A DNA stretch of 64,000 nt from assembly GCF_009914755.1 (NCBI RefSeq), contig NC_060934.1. The stretch is one strand, 5' to 3'. Positions 1-13,506 of this stretch are shown here, in pieces; position 1 is the first letter of the stretch; every line of letters starts with the position of its first letter. The translations under genes and the position numbers were made by a program. The notes below the pieces were generated by a model. It worked only from the letters and a program-made list of their open reading frames with translations, did not search any database and was not told the origin of the DNA. This stretch comes from the human T2T-CHM13v2.0 reference genome, Homo sapiens.

Positions 1-2216
1 GAAACTGTAAAATTGAGTCAAACTAAAATTTAAAAAACAAAGCAATGATATAAAGTATCATTTGTCCAAATGTGTTCTACAAAACGCTTTTTTCTTAAAT
101 ATGTCTGAGGAAAAACAGGTTCTAGGAGTAAAATATGTTTGAAAAATGCTGGGTTAAACAACTGAACCTATGAAGGAAGGAATAGAACTTCTCAAGCTCT
201 TGACTCTGGAATCTTTTTTACACGGCAATTAACACCATGCTTCTTCTTGGATTTGTATTTCAGATAAACACAATCTGGGAAACATTTTATAATACAGAGG
301 GCCACACCAGATTGAATATTGCCCCCAGGAATGAAATGAAAACAGGAATGGATTCTCCAGTAAGAGGTACCCAGATATCCTAATCTTCAGTAGCTGACCT
401 AAACCCTGGACAAGTGGGATCAAACCCCATTACCAAATACAACTTTTTAGGAACTAAGTGGATAATCACTCTGTGTTGTATGAACATGTGGGCAGTGTGT
501 TTCCTACACAGCTTAAAAGTGCAACAAAAAAAGATCTAGGTGTCATGTAAAGAATTTCTACCACTGTTAGGGTAATGGTGGACTGACAGGCAGAGGGTCT
601 TAGATGTCACTTAAGTAAAGTTCAATAGAAGCTTCCAGCACAGATATTCATGTTTCGAATTGGACCGCTCAGTTAAAAAGTTTTTCCATTAGACTTCCCC
701 TAATCAAATTAGAAATTATCTAATTTTCTAATAAAGTTTTCCCCAGGCTCAAGAAATCTGTGAACTGGACCTAAGAAATTCTTCATAATGTGCTTTTATT
801 ACCATAAAAGATGCACATTTATTTTAAAAACTTCTCTACACCACTATCATAAACCTTTGAACACACTTATTTCTTTTGGAAGCTAACTTCTGAGTGGTAA
901 CGAAATGTATTCTTAAGAAAAAAGTCTGACACAATGCCTTTGTGTCTTAAAATATGTTAAAATATTATTTGAAAAGAGTCAAACATCTGTCTGTTCAGGG
1001 TATCACAGGGCGTCAAACTGGAAAATGTGGCACTGCCAGGAGTTTCTACCTGGTGAAGGTTGGCAGACTTTTCTCTTCAGAGGGCTCTTGACAGGGTAGC
1101 ATCCATTATCTTGCCAATTTACCAAAACCTAGGCCCAATCCTCAGTCTTATAGGTTCAGAATTTTATTTTTATCATCATCAATAGCGTAGCTACATTGCT
1201 TAGAAGAAAACAAAAATAACCATGTTTCAATAGAAATCAGGATATAGATGTATTAATACAGAATGACAAATATAACTGTGACAGAAATAGGAATGCCTGT
1301 TTATGGTCATATACGGCCAATACTTTCATTACAGCCAAACTCATACATGCAGCCAAATAAGAGGCCCCTGGATACACAGGGAATCAGAATAAAAAAAGAA
1401 GAACTGAACATTTAATAGTCTTCTTTCATTCAATCAATAATTTTTTTAATTAAGCAACTACTATGTCCAGGTAACCTTCTAGGTCCTGGGGATACAGAGG
1501 TCTCTGCTTACAGAAGTCATATGTAAGTAGCAGGTGAAGAGTATGTGTTTCACAGAAGTTTATTACAATATATTAACAAGAGCAAAAAATTTTGGAAGCA
1601 ATCTAAATGTTCAATAATAGAGTTCCAATTAAATAACAATAAATCCAAATAATGAAAAATAATGCAGCCCTTTAAGAATAAGCACTTGCAAGCCGTAATT
1701 CATGACATGGGAAAATTATCATGATGGAAAAAGAAGCAAGCTATGTATAGTGCACGATCCTATACACACACATACATACATAAATATTTCCTATCCCTTT
1801 ATATGCATAAGAAAACAAGCGGGAGGAAAGTCATATCTTTAGTCAAATGTTGTTTACTAACGTACTATTAATGATTATCTTTTCTTTTTCTTTATACCTT
1901 TTTGCATTTTTCAATTTCCTAAAATAGCCTTACATACCTTTTATCACCAGGAGAAAAATTACTTCTAAAGTAATTTCAGTCAACATGCATACTAAGAACT
2001 CTTCAGATTTATCTGTTAGAAGCTGTGCATGAATGCCAGTCCTTGCACCTGTCTTGGAACTCACAGAGAGCTCTTTTCCCATGGCTTTAAGCAATACTCA
2101 AAAAGACTAGCATACCTGAATTTCCTAGTCCTATGTTTTTTTCATCCAACAGCCAGTCTTGTATTTCTAGCTGTTTTCTAAACATTTCAACCAAAACATT
2201 TTACAGATAACTCATA

Positions 2217-2532
2217 CAGTCATCCTTTGATATGCATGGGGAATTGGTTCCAGGATCCCCCTTGTATACCAAAATCCATGGATGCTCAAGTTACTGGTAT
2301 AAAGTAGTGTAGTATTTGCATATAACCTACACACATCCTCCTATATACTTTACATTATCTCTAGATTACTTAATAACACTTATTACGATGTAAATGCTAT
2401 GTAAATAGTTGGTACACCACGTTGTTTTTTATTTGTATCATTTTTTATCATTGTATTGTTTTTTCTGACAATTTTGTTCCACAGTTGTTTGCATCAGTGG
2501 ATGCAGAACCCATGAATATGGAGAGTCAATTG
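2217..2532 (+). mobile_element. MER2 (Tigger-derived) DNA transposon remnant
   Basis: TA-flanked cagtcatccc...ggttccaggatcccc...ataccaaaatccatggatgctcaag...gatgcagaacccatgaatatggagagtcaattg matches the recalled MER2 consensus. Confidence 0.8.
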
Positions 2533-3980
2533 CATTTCATTATGCCCAAAGGTAAATGCATAACTTTTTCCGCACAGCTAATCTTCTAGCAACCCCATTG
2601 TTGTCCATGGCAAGCAGGCGTAGTTAATCTCGCCCTTTCCCGTTTCAGGTTCATTAAAAAACTCTTGTCAAAGTCTCTTTCATCCCACCTTATTCTTCAT
2701 TCTCACTTCCATCAGCATATCAGTCCAGGCCCTAGTAACATTAATGTTACTAATGGCATTGTTAGTAACATTACTTACCAGCATTCAAGTGGGTCTTCCT
2801 GATGCCATTCTCTCTCAGCCTGAAATCACTGCTGTTTATATAGAACTTGTATGATGTCATTCATTGGCTCAAAAACTTTTAAAGCCTTCCTTTTTCTACC
2901 ACCCCAATCTAAATTTCTATGCCTGGCTTTTATTAAAACCCGTAATTTGGCACCACCCTAGCTATTTAACTTTATTTTCCACTATTCGCCAGTCTCCTCC
3001 CTCATCAATGAGAAGACATACCATAATCAACCTCACCACTAACCCTTGGAATATCTAAAGTTAAAAATGGTCCTTCCTTTCCCCTTTACTTGTATTTAAA
3101 GAACCTGACGAATTATTCCTCCTCTGCTAAACTTTTCACAATTTCTTCAACCTCATTTATGTTTCACATTTTCAGAACATATCTTGCCATTTATTAGGAA
3201 TCTCACAATTAGGCACTCTCATGTAGATAGATTTACAATCATGTATGTTGTCATCTTCTATTAAATTCCATACTCCTTGAAGGCAGGAGCCATGCCTTAT
3301 TCTGTCCTCCAGAGTACTCAGAATGATGCAGAGCACACAGAAAGTACTCAAATCTTGTTGACTGATCCAGTGAGAAATGACCAACTTCAGTTCCAGCCTC
3401 TCTTTAACATGTACATAGCAATTTGGGCAAGTCAAGCTCCATCCTGAAGGACATAATAGGGGACTCTTTAAGCACATTATTATGAAGGCCCTTCAGGGAT
3501 AACACCGGAGTGATGAGGTGCCCTATACCAGGGATAATGGAGACAGAGTTCTTGGGATTCATCACTGGGGTCCTCAAAGCATCTTCCAAGGGCATAATAA
3601 GGAAGGACTCAAACACCTTTGAATCTTCGTGAGACCAGGCATGAGGTCTTTTGAAAGAGTTCTTTAACTGGAGTGAATGTCAAAGAGAAGTATAATAAAA
3701 TAAAAGACCTGAGTAGGGTCCCCCTTGTTCATAAAATGACACTACCTAACTCACCAAATCTCACTGAGCCTTGGTTTAACTCAAGAGGTTCCATGCCACT
3801 ATAAGAGGTGGTAACTGCCAACTGATAGGAAATATTTTCATATGCATAGTCATAGTGCCCCATATTTATGAACTTCTTAAGAGTCTTCAAAAAGCTTTCT
3901 ATATACATTATCCTTTACTTTCTAACTTTTCTAAATACAAGGTGAGAGAGACACAAGTGTTCTATCAAAACAGAATCTTT

Positions 3981-4285
<305 letters not shown>

Positions 4286-6270
4286 GACTTTGGCAAGGAC
4301 CATGTCCCACCCAGAATGGTGCCTGCCTTTTTACAGTTTTTCAGGAAGAGGAAACATTTTCTGCTTCTCTTGCTGAGGTTTTTTTTAACCACCCATTAGG
4401 AACGTATAGATTTCAGGATCGAACACTGGGATTCCCTCAGCACTAAAGGAGTAAAATTGCAAACAGAGCTGAAAGTGCAATGTGGAAAGGTCAGGCTGAG
4501 GAAGGTTCTTAGCCAGTAGACCAAGGGCAGAAAGGACACTGCCTCCTCAGTCTCCCACTAGGGAACTTGTGATTCTCGTCCCCTGACCTCAGAATTCCTT
4601 GTCATGTTTGTTTTGTCTCCAAGGGAAGGTTTTGAATTACAGAATTTAAGGCTAGAGTGGGCCTCCTGCAGTTAACATTAACCCTCTCTCTCCTTCACTG
4701 GCCGAGGTGAAGTCCGGGACCATGTAGTTCTGACGTCCACTCTCTCGGGGGATCACCAGTTCACCCACCTCACCTGGCAAGCTGGGCCCTAGTTTGGCAA
4801 CAGGCATCTTCCACCCACCTGGGAGGCAGGGTTCAACACTCTGCCTCTGACCTTTTTTCCTTCCTCTGCCACCTGCTTAGGCAGCCAGAAGGGGTTGTCC
4901 AGCCAGCACCTGGGCTTTGGTGCTCCTCAAGCAGGTGGAGGAAGTTTCAGGCACCTGGCTCCTCAGGTGTCTGCCATCCAGCTGCTCTTCAGGCCTGCCC
5001 AGCAGAGCTCTCTTGATCCAGCTAGAACTGGCCAGAACTGACTCACTCAGGAATGTGTAGACTTTGGCATCAGGGGCAGCTTTAATTTGCACAATTTCCA
5101 AATACCACTTTTTTCTTCTTTTTCTGATGAGTCATCTCCCTAGACTTGCATTTTAAAGAGATAGATAGTTATCAGGTTCCAGAGAAGACATGGTAGAACA
5201 TTTATATCTCAAAGACACAGAGCTGAGACTTCAGGTTTAGATACAATAATTTACCTAAACCAAAAAGGAAGGTGTAGGTAAAGTTCTAGTCGAGACAGGA
5301 TGGCCAGGAAAAACACCTTAAACCAAGGGATGGCTTGCTTTGCTGATTTAAGCCAATGGCTTCTTTATCATAAGACTTCCCAGTGATTTAGTCCTCCCTC
5401 TCTTCCAGTGCACAGACGCATGACCCTCCTTACAAATAAAAATGTTCTTTATAGATGTAAATTTATTTTACAAAAATGTTTCAAAATAACTAGATGAAAA
5501 TCATCCTTATGCCAGAAAGACTTGTTTTTTTTTTTTCATTACTAGAAATGAAACAGTAAGTATTTGTTGTATTGACATACTAAGGCTAAGACCTATGTTT
5601 AACAAGAAAGCCTAATAATAGCACTGTGGTTAGACTGTAGCCTATTTTTCCAAACCATCATTTTATTATTAAGGAAAGAAAGGATCAAATACCTTTCATT
5701 CATCTGATATGATCCTTTAAAACACATTCCACTAATAAGTCCCATTTGGAACAGCTGAAAATCTTTTAATAAAACTTTTTAAAGATGAGCTCATGGCTTA
5801 GTGTAAATTTCACAAGCTTAATTAGGTCAAATGGAAGGAACTCAGATGAGTAGTTGCCCAATCAGAGCCCATTATTTGTAAATCATCAGCCCCCTTCATG
5901 ACCTTAAAAACTCCACTCTGACCTAATTATTGCAAACCTATATACAACAAAGTGAAAGGATTAATTTTCATTCATCAACCTCTCAATCCCAGATTTTCAA
6001 AGAAAAAACCTATGTAAGGAATACTTACCAAAACCAGACAGGAAAATTAGAGCCTTCATACTTAAGAGTCAAATTTGTTTCACTACAGCCAGGTCACATA
6101 CAATTACATCATTTGGTTCTTCATACACTCTGGAACTGACCAGGACAGAGTTTAGCATAGAAAAACTGTAAGAAATAGGTTCCAAGACATAGAAATTGCA
6201 AAGTCCAAAATGCTATGAAAAAAACTAATGTAAATGAGAGACTCCCCTCCCTTTGTTTTAAAGAAATAGA

Positions 6271-7020
6271 CCCATCAGGGAAATGCAAATCAAAACCACA
6301 ATGAGATACCATCTCACACCAGTTAGAATGGTGATCATTAAAAAGTCAGGAAACAACAGATGCTGGAGAGGATGTGGAGAAATAGGAACACTTTCACACT
6401 GCTGGTGGGACTGTAAACTAGTTCAACCATTGTGGAAGTCAGTGTGGCCATTCCTCAGGGATCTAGAACTAGAAATACCATTTGACCCAGCCATCCCACT
6501 ACTGGGTATATACCCAAAGGATTAAAAATCATGCTGCTATAAAGACACATGCACACGTATGTTTATTGCAGCACTATTCACAATAGCAAAGACTTGGAAC
6601 CAACCCAAATGTCCAAAAATGATAGACTGGATTAAGAAAATGTGGCACATATACACCATGGAATACTATGCATCCATAAAAAATGATGAGTTCATGTCCT
6701 TTGTAGGGACATGGATGAAGCTGGAAACCATCATTCTCAGCAAACTATCGCAAGGACAAAAAACCAAACACCACATGTTCTCACTCATAGGTGGGAATTG
6801 AACAATGAGAACACTTGGACACAGGAAGGGGAACATCACACACCAGGGCCTGTTGTGGGGTGGGGGGAGGGATAGCATTAGGAGATATGCCTAATATAAA
6901 TGATGAGTTAATGGGTGCAGCACACCAACATGGCACATGTATACATATGCAACAAACCTGCACATTGTGCATGTGTACCCTAGAATTTAAAGTATAAAAA
7001 AAATAGAAAAATAAAAAAAG
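6271..7020 (+). mobile_element. 5'-truncated L1PA (ORF2 C-terminus + 3'UTR)
   Basis: ORFs 6283-6525 and 6559-6801 are the L1 ORF2p C-terminus ([16 protein letters not shown]...). 11-bp TSD aaagaaataga at 6260-6270 and 7021-7031, with a TTTT/AA endonuclease site. Confidence 0.95.
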
Positions 7021-7147
7021 AAAGAAATAGATGTTCTGAAAAAATATACACAATTTTTACAGACAAATACATTTATAAGTTGTTTTTATCTTAAAAATTG
7101 GGGATATTTCATATTTATAACTAATTATTGAGCCTTAAGTTTTCTTG

Positions 7148-7723
7148 GCCATTTCTAGGCTAATAAACTAAGAATCATGTAAACTAAGCCAAAATAGAAT
7201 AGACATAAAAGTCCTGAACACTTCAACTTCCTATCCTTCACGAAGTATACCTCGCAAAGCTCATTTGAGAGAGGAAAAGCTTTCCTCCACCCTCTGTTTT
7301 ACAGCGCTGAGGCTTCTCATCACATTTCTATGACTTGTAGCTTAAATCCATGTTACATGGTCACTGGCATTGTTAGGACTTCTCTTTTAACACTGTAGGA
7401 ATTAATCAATTTGGTGGCATATTTAATTAATTCTATCACTAGAGGATTGTAAAATTACATATATGAATACCTCACTTTAGAGGCCACTTAATTTTTTTCC
7501 AAGGGGATATTTGACTATATTTCACTTGTGTCTTATTTAATGATTTTATAATTTAAACCCTAAATTATAAGTCTAGAATTTAGAAAGTATATTTCCCCAC
7601 TGGATTACATTTTTGGAAATATTATTTTATATGTGCACAAATATTACAAAATCACTGTAGACACCTGCAAACTATATTATCTTTCAAAGGCAATATTTAT
7701 ATTAAACTGGTATAACAAAATTG
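7148..7723 (+). repeat. Donor copy of a 576-bp dispersed direct repeat (second copy at 31221-31796)
   Basis: Manual alignment gccatttctaggc...tataacaaaattg shows 4 transitions and no indels between the copies. Confidence 0.95.
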
Positions 7724-9895
7724 TTTGGTGCATTTTTTCCAGTACATTTTGTGTATATTACATGTTTAACCTTTTTTTATCCAGCAAATAATTTTTGAGT
7801 ATCTACTAAGTGCTAGGTTCTGCATTACTAACTGAATTTAAAGAGTGAAATAACAGACATGGTCTCAGACAATAAAATTAACATTAGGTCACCTATTTAT
7901 ATATTTTAAAATGGTAATTATGAAAACTTTCTGAGATTTTTAACTAGATAACATTATAATAACACACTTGACGTTGTTAATATTTGCCAGTGAGCAAAAA
8001 AGAAAATAAAAAGATGGTTTTATTCAATATACACTTTAAAATTGCAGAAAATAGTCAAGTTTCTCTGCTTTGCAGTTGAATGTCTATGTGTTTTTCTCTG
8101 CAACTTGGCTTTTGTGGAGTGAAACAATTATTCTTCCAGCCCAATGAAGGCAGAAGAGTAACAATAAATCTAATATTTTAAATGCTTATCAAAAGAAAGT
8201 AAACACATTATTTCAGAATACTGAGTTCAATAAGTTGACCTACAAAAAAAGTCAAACTGACAGTATTACTGAATAAGGAAAGGCCCAAAGAGACAAAATA
8301 CTTTTTAATTTGTAACCTCAGTATGACACAACTTACCCTAACTATAAAGACCCTAAATTACCAAGATGGGTGCTTATAATATGGAGAGTAAAAAAAGTCA
8401 TTTCACTTTTAGCTTTTTTATTTCTCTCAGAATAAAAAGTGTATAAGGAGTTGATAAAGAAGTTGATACTATAAGTTGGTACTACAATGACAGCACTTTC
8501 CAAGAAAAGACTTTTTTCTCTCTTACAAATATCATGTTAGCAGTATTTGTTTTCTCCAGAAATAATGAGGAAATAAAAACATAAGTATGTGGGTAATTAC
8601 TGTAGTTTCTTAAAGAAATGAGTTAGGCAACAGGCTAATAATGTATACTTCGCTGGCTTTTGAATGCCAACAATCATATTCTTTATAAGGCACAGAGAAG
8701 ATTTTTCTGAAGAATAAGTATGTGAACCTGAAAAGTAATCACCACTTGGTAGTGACAATATGGATAGGGTGAAGGGCGTCACCAAGAAGCAATGAAAAGA
8801 TACATTTGCAGTTAAATTTGAAAACCATGATGTTTAATACATATAGTAATAAAGAATACTTTCTCCTATTTCAAAATTATTTTAGAATTTAAGATAGAAG
8901 CTAAAATACCTAGGGATAATGATATGACTATCAAAAATTAAAAATTAAAGGACATTTTGAGTATTATAAGTTAAGAATGAGAACTTATTACCCAATGAAC
9001 AGGGGATAAATCATTATGCTCCCTATCCATTGAATTAAAAGACAGGCCCATTACCTGGATAATTTGAAAGTTTAATTTTATTTAAAAGTCTTGTTTCATT
9101 CATCAAGCTAAAGGATTAGCTCCCAGAAATATTCTAGGATTGCATATCCCCAACTCTGTAGGAAGTATAGAAAGAATATTATAAGGGCCACCATCTAAAT
9201 ATTATTATGTAAATAATTTAGTACCATTCCATTTGCTTTTGTAGATTTAAAAATGTAAATGGCTTTCTCATATTAGGAAACATCATTTTTCAAAACCCAG
9301 ATAAACATAGTATATTGCAAGAGAGTAATTATTTTCTTTATTAAAAAAGAAATACTGGATGCTAAGTCCAAAAGACATAAATTATTTTATACTAATAACT
9401 ACTAAAATTTTATTCATTAAAATAAAAAATCAAAGATTTTAAAATGATCTTCAAATGATTAATAACATGTTGAACTTTTTCTTCTTTCTGTAAACCTTTT
9501 TGAGTCTTAAAAATACTAAACTATACAAGCAATATTAAATAGTATATAAACTTGGATTAAAATATTCAAATTTACTAGAATGTGGACATTGGAAAGAATG
9601 AAAATAAACAGAAGCATAAAGCAGCAGATATAAAATTAAGAAAGCAACTAAGAGTGCTTAAAGTACATATTCATCTGTAGTCTAATTTCTACCATAAACA
9701 ATGACTCTTCTCAGTAAAACACAAATTGTTCATGAAGGGAAAAAGCATGTTGTATTAGAGAATATTCAACATAACTTTTTTAGTACTAACTTGTGCCTGA
9801 AGTATTATTGGTTTTTCTATTATGAACTTATGCACTTGATAATTTTTTTCATAAAGACTGTATGTACAACTCCATTCAAAAGCAGTTGTTGGTGG

Positions 9896-10199
9896 GTTTT
9901 TTTTTTTTTTTGAGACAGAGTTTTGCTCTTTTCACCCAGGCTGGAGTGCAATGGTGCGAACTTGGCTCATAGCAACCTAGCAACATTTGCCTCCCAGGTT
10001 CAGGTGATTCTCTTGCCTCAGCCTCCCGAGTGGTTAGGACTACAAGCATGTACCACCATGCCTGGCTAATTTTGTGTTTTTAGTAGAGACATGGTTTTTC
10101 CATGTTGACTAGACTGGTCTTGAACTACTGACCTGAGGTAACCCGCCCACCTTGGCCTCCCAAAGTGCTGGGTATGTGCAAGAGCCACCATACCCGGCC
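9896..10199 (-). mobile_element. Alu
   Basis: Poly-T, then gagacagagttttgctct...ccacc atacccggcc. Confidence 0.92.
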
Positions 10200-10571
10200 T
10201 CAAAAGCAGTTTTTAAAAGCAAACACAATATAACACCAAAGTTGAAAAATTCATGCTCACCCAAGGATGCCAGGTTTAATAAATTATTTATAGAATACTG
10301 CATCAAAAATAAGACAATAACCCAAAATATACCATTAAAGATGTATCCACTCCTACAACTAGAGATAATTAATCTATCTGGTAGCAAATGATACTTCAGT
10401 CAGTTTCAGCATGTCTGAAATCTTTAAGGACAAAAGTGATAAAACATGACTTCATTCTTCATTAGACTCTTAGAACACTTGAAGGAAAATGATTTCTGAA
10501 GCACAAAGAGGTAAAGAAGTGTAATCTTTCAAAAAGATATTCAGTGTTCAAAATCCAAGAGTGCAATATCA

Positions 10572-10869
10572 GGCAGGGTGCGGTGGCTTATGCCTGTAAT
10601 CACAGCACTTTGGGAGGCCATGGTGGGTGGATCACCTGAGGTCAGGAGTTCAATACCAGCCTGGACAACAGGGTGAAACTCTGACTGTACTAAAAATACA
10701 AAAGTTAGCCAAGCATGGTGGTGTGCACCCGTAGTCCTAGCTACCTGGGGGGCTGAGACAGGAGAATCGCTTGAACCTGGGAGCTGGAGGTTGCAGTGAA
10801 CCCAGATCATGCCACCCCACTCCAGCATCAGTAACAGAATGAGATTCCATCTCAAAAAAATAAAATAAA
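10572..10869 (+). mobile_element. Alu
   Basis: ggcagggtgcggtggcttatgcctgtaatc... with A tail. Confidence 0.92.
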
Positions 10870-11419
10870 GAGTGTAATATCATATCGGTATACATAGATA
10901 ATATACTGAATGAAACAAATAGAATAATTTGAAGAGGTATCTTGACGAACAAGGAGTCATTAGAAAGGTTGTATTCATGTCTCTGAAGGAAATTGCAGTG
11001 TGAGAAATTAATACTTTGACTACTATACTAAAAGTTTATTGCTAACATGTATTGAGTTATTAACATGTGTTAGGCAGAGTACCATATAATTTACAAGTGT
11101 TATCTTATTTATTGTAGGTAAAATGTAATTTTGAACTCTGGGAGTATAAATGAATTAGATAGAATAAAATTCTATTTAAATGGCCATCAGTAAATCGGTA
11201 TCTAGGAACAGGGTGATACAGTGCCCAAGTTTTCTATTCTTACTAAATGTTGTGTTTCATTTTCAATGTTTTCTTGGATATTGCTCTTTTTTGGTGACTG
11301 ATTTTTTTTTATTTTAGAAAACTAATAAACTGACTCTTCTTGGTACTGACTCTTGGGTTTTATAGAAGAAAAAGTAATCAAATTCTGTACATTTACCTTT
11401 ACCTCATTTTTTCTCTTTT

Positions 11420-12790
11420 AAATTTAATTGACATATAATAAATGTACATGTTATGGGATACAGAGTGATATTTTGATATATTTATGCAATGCGTAAAGTT
11501 CAAGTCAGAGTCATTATCATATCCATTACCTAAATCATGTATTATTTATTTGCAGTGAGAATATTCAAAATCTTTTATTTATTTGAAAACACACAATAAA
11601 TTCCCGTTAACTACAGTCACCCAACAGTGCTGTAGAGAACTAGAACTTCTTCCTTCTCTCCAGCTGTAATTTCGTATGTATTAACCACATTTTTCTTATA
11701 CTCTTCTTTCTCCTACTCTTTCCAGGATATGGTAACCAAAACTCTACTATCTACTTCTACGAGATTAAAAATTTTAGCTTCCATACATAAGTGAGAACAC
11801 GTAGTTATGTGGTGTTTATGTTTCTATGCAAGGCTTATTTCACCTAACATAATGCCCTCCACTTGCATTCTTGTTGCCACAAATAACAGGATTTTGTTCT
11901 TTATTATGACTAAATAATATTCCATTATATATGTATGTCATATTTCTTTATCCATTCATCTGTTGATGGACACTTTTGTTGATTCCATATCTTGGCTATT
12001 GTGAATAGTGTTGTAATAAACATGCGGGTGCAGGTAACTCTTTGATATACTGATTTTCTTTCCTTTGAATATATACTGAAAACCATATGATTAAATTAAT
12101 AAACACAATAAAAGCGTTTGGCAAAATTAAATATTCTTACATGACACAAAACCTCTCGACAATTTAGTATAGAAAATATATGCCTTAACACAGAAGGACA
12201 TAAAGGACAAATCTACAGCTAAGATCATACTGAGTGTGGAAAAGGTGAAAGATTTTACTGTGAACAAGAAAAAGATTTTACTGGAGCAAGAAAAAGATGC
12301 CTATTTTCACCAATCATATTTCACATAGTGAAAGTCTTAGCCAGGACAATTAGGTGAGAGAAAGAAATAAAGGACATCTGAATTGGAAACGAGACAGTCA
12401 AATTGTCCCTGTTTAAAGACAATGTGATCTTATACACGAAAAAAAAAAAAAATAAGACGCTACCAAAAGCTTCCTAGGGTGATACATAAAATTAATAAAG
12501 TTGCAGGATATAAATCAACATACAAAAATCAGTAGCATTTCTATATATTGATAGTAAACTAGCTGAAACAAGAAATTAAGAAAGCAATTCCTTTTACAAT
12601 AGCTACAAAAATGTACTTAGAGATAAGTTTAACCAAGGAAGTAAAAGATTTCTACAACAAAAATGACAAATATTAATGAAAGGAATGAAGGAAAACACAA
12701 AAAAGGAAAGACATCCACGTTTATAGATTGAAATAACTAATATTCTTAAAATGACCCACTATCCCATGTGATTTACAAATTTAGTACAAT
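11420..12790. mobile_element. Old L1M element in two opposed pieces: 3' end on minus (to ~12078), RT-region fragment on plus (~12079-12790)
   Basis: Minus: ttccatacataagtgagaac..., cattcatctgttgatggacac. Plus: degenerate NHMIISIDAEKAFDKI to [11 protein letters not shown] region (ttgcaggatataaatcaacatacaaaaatcagtagcatttcta). Confidence 0.75.
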
Positions 12791-13506
12791 CACTAGCTTG
12801 TATTTTTAAAAGCACCTTTGCTGCATATTCTTAAGATATTCAGTGACAATGCCTGGATTAAGTTTGAGGTATTATTATATCTATTTTATATTGGGCACAA
12901 TATAATATTATCAGAGGTAATGGTTTTGATTGGTCCTAGGTCATACAGTAATATATACATTGTGATTTATAGACATGCTATCTTTTAATACTCAGGCATT
13001 TAGAAAGTTCATTTAGACAAAGTTATAAAAACTTGCCTTCCTTTCTGCCTATATCACCTAAAAATCCTAATTTAAGAGGTAATAACATTTTTTATTTGAT
13101 ATACAATTTATCAACAAAATAAAAATCTAACAATTATCATGTGCAGAGTGTGAAAATCTCATCAGATTAAGGAACACAAAGACATCTTTTTCATATTTCG
13201 AATGTAAAACTCTTTTGGAAACTGTTATTTTTAGAAACAGTTAAAAACATTTTTTCATTAGTTTTTCATGTAAAATTGTGACAACCAGCATGAAATAACT
13301 GTCATCACAGAAGCATGGTATATTCAATTCCAAAACATATTCTTAGTAAGTTTTAATATATTTATGTATTATTTATGCTTAGATTGTAACCCATAATGTA
13401 GATATTATTTTTCCTTCAACTCTTAAGAATATTCTTAAATAATAAAATTAAAATGAATTATAATTTTTGTTGGTTGGGAAAAAGAATAGACACACACGTG
13501 ACAGTG

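Noticed and set aside
4700-4740. ZNF143/THAP11-like ACTACA..CCC motif plus CRE-like site as a relic promoter
   Set aside because: Spacing is off by one from the consensus and there is no CpG island.
8337-8727. Candidate minus-strand exon (ttttcag|G at 8727; G|GTAAGT at 8337) as splice partner for TTC28 exon 1
   Set aside because: Splice-like motifs alone are common; the frame closes early and no transcript evidence is available.
10385-10502. C/D-box snoRNA-like motifs (ATGATA/GTGATA ... CTGA)
   Set aside because: Imperfect C boxes, no terminal stem, no recognisable guide; expected by chance in AT-rich DNA.
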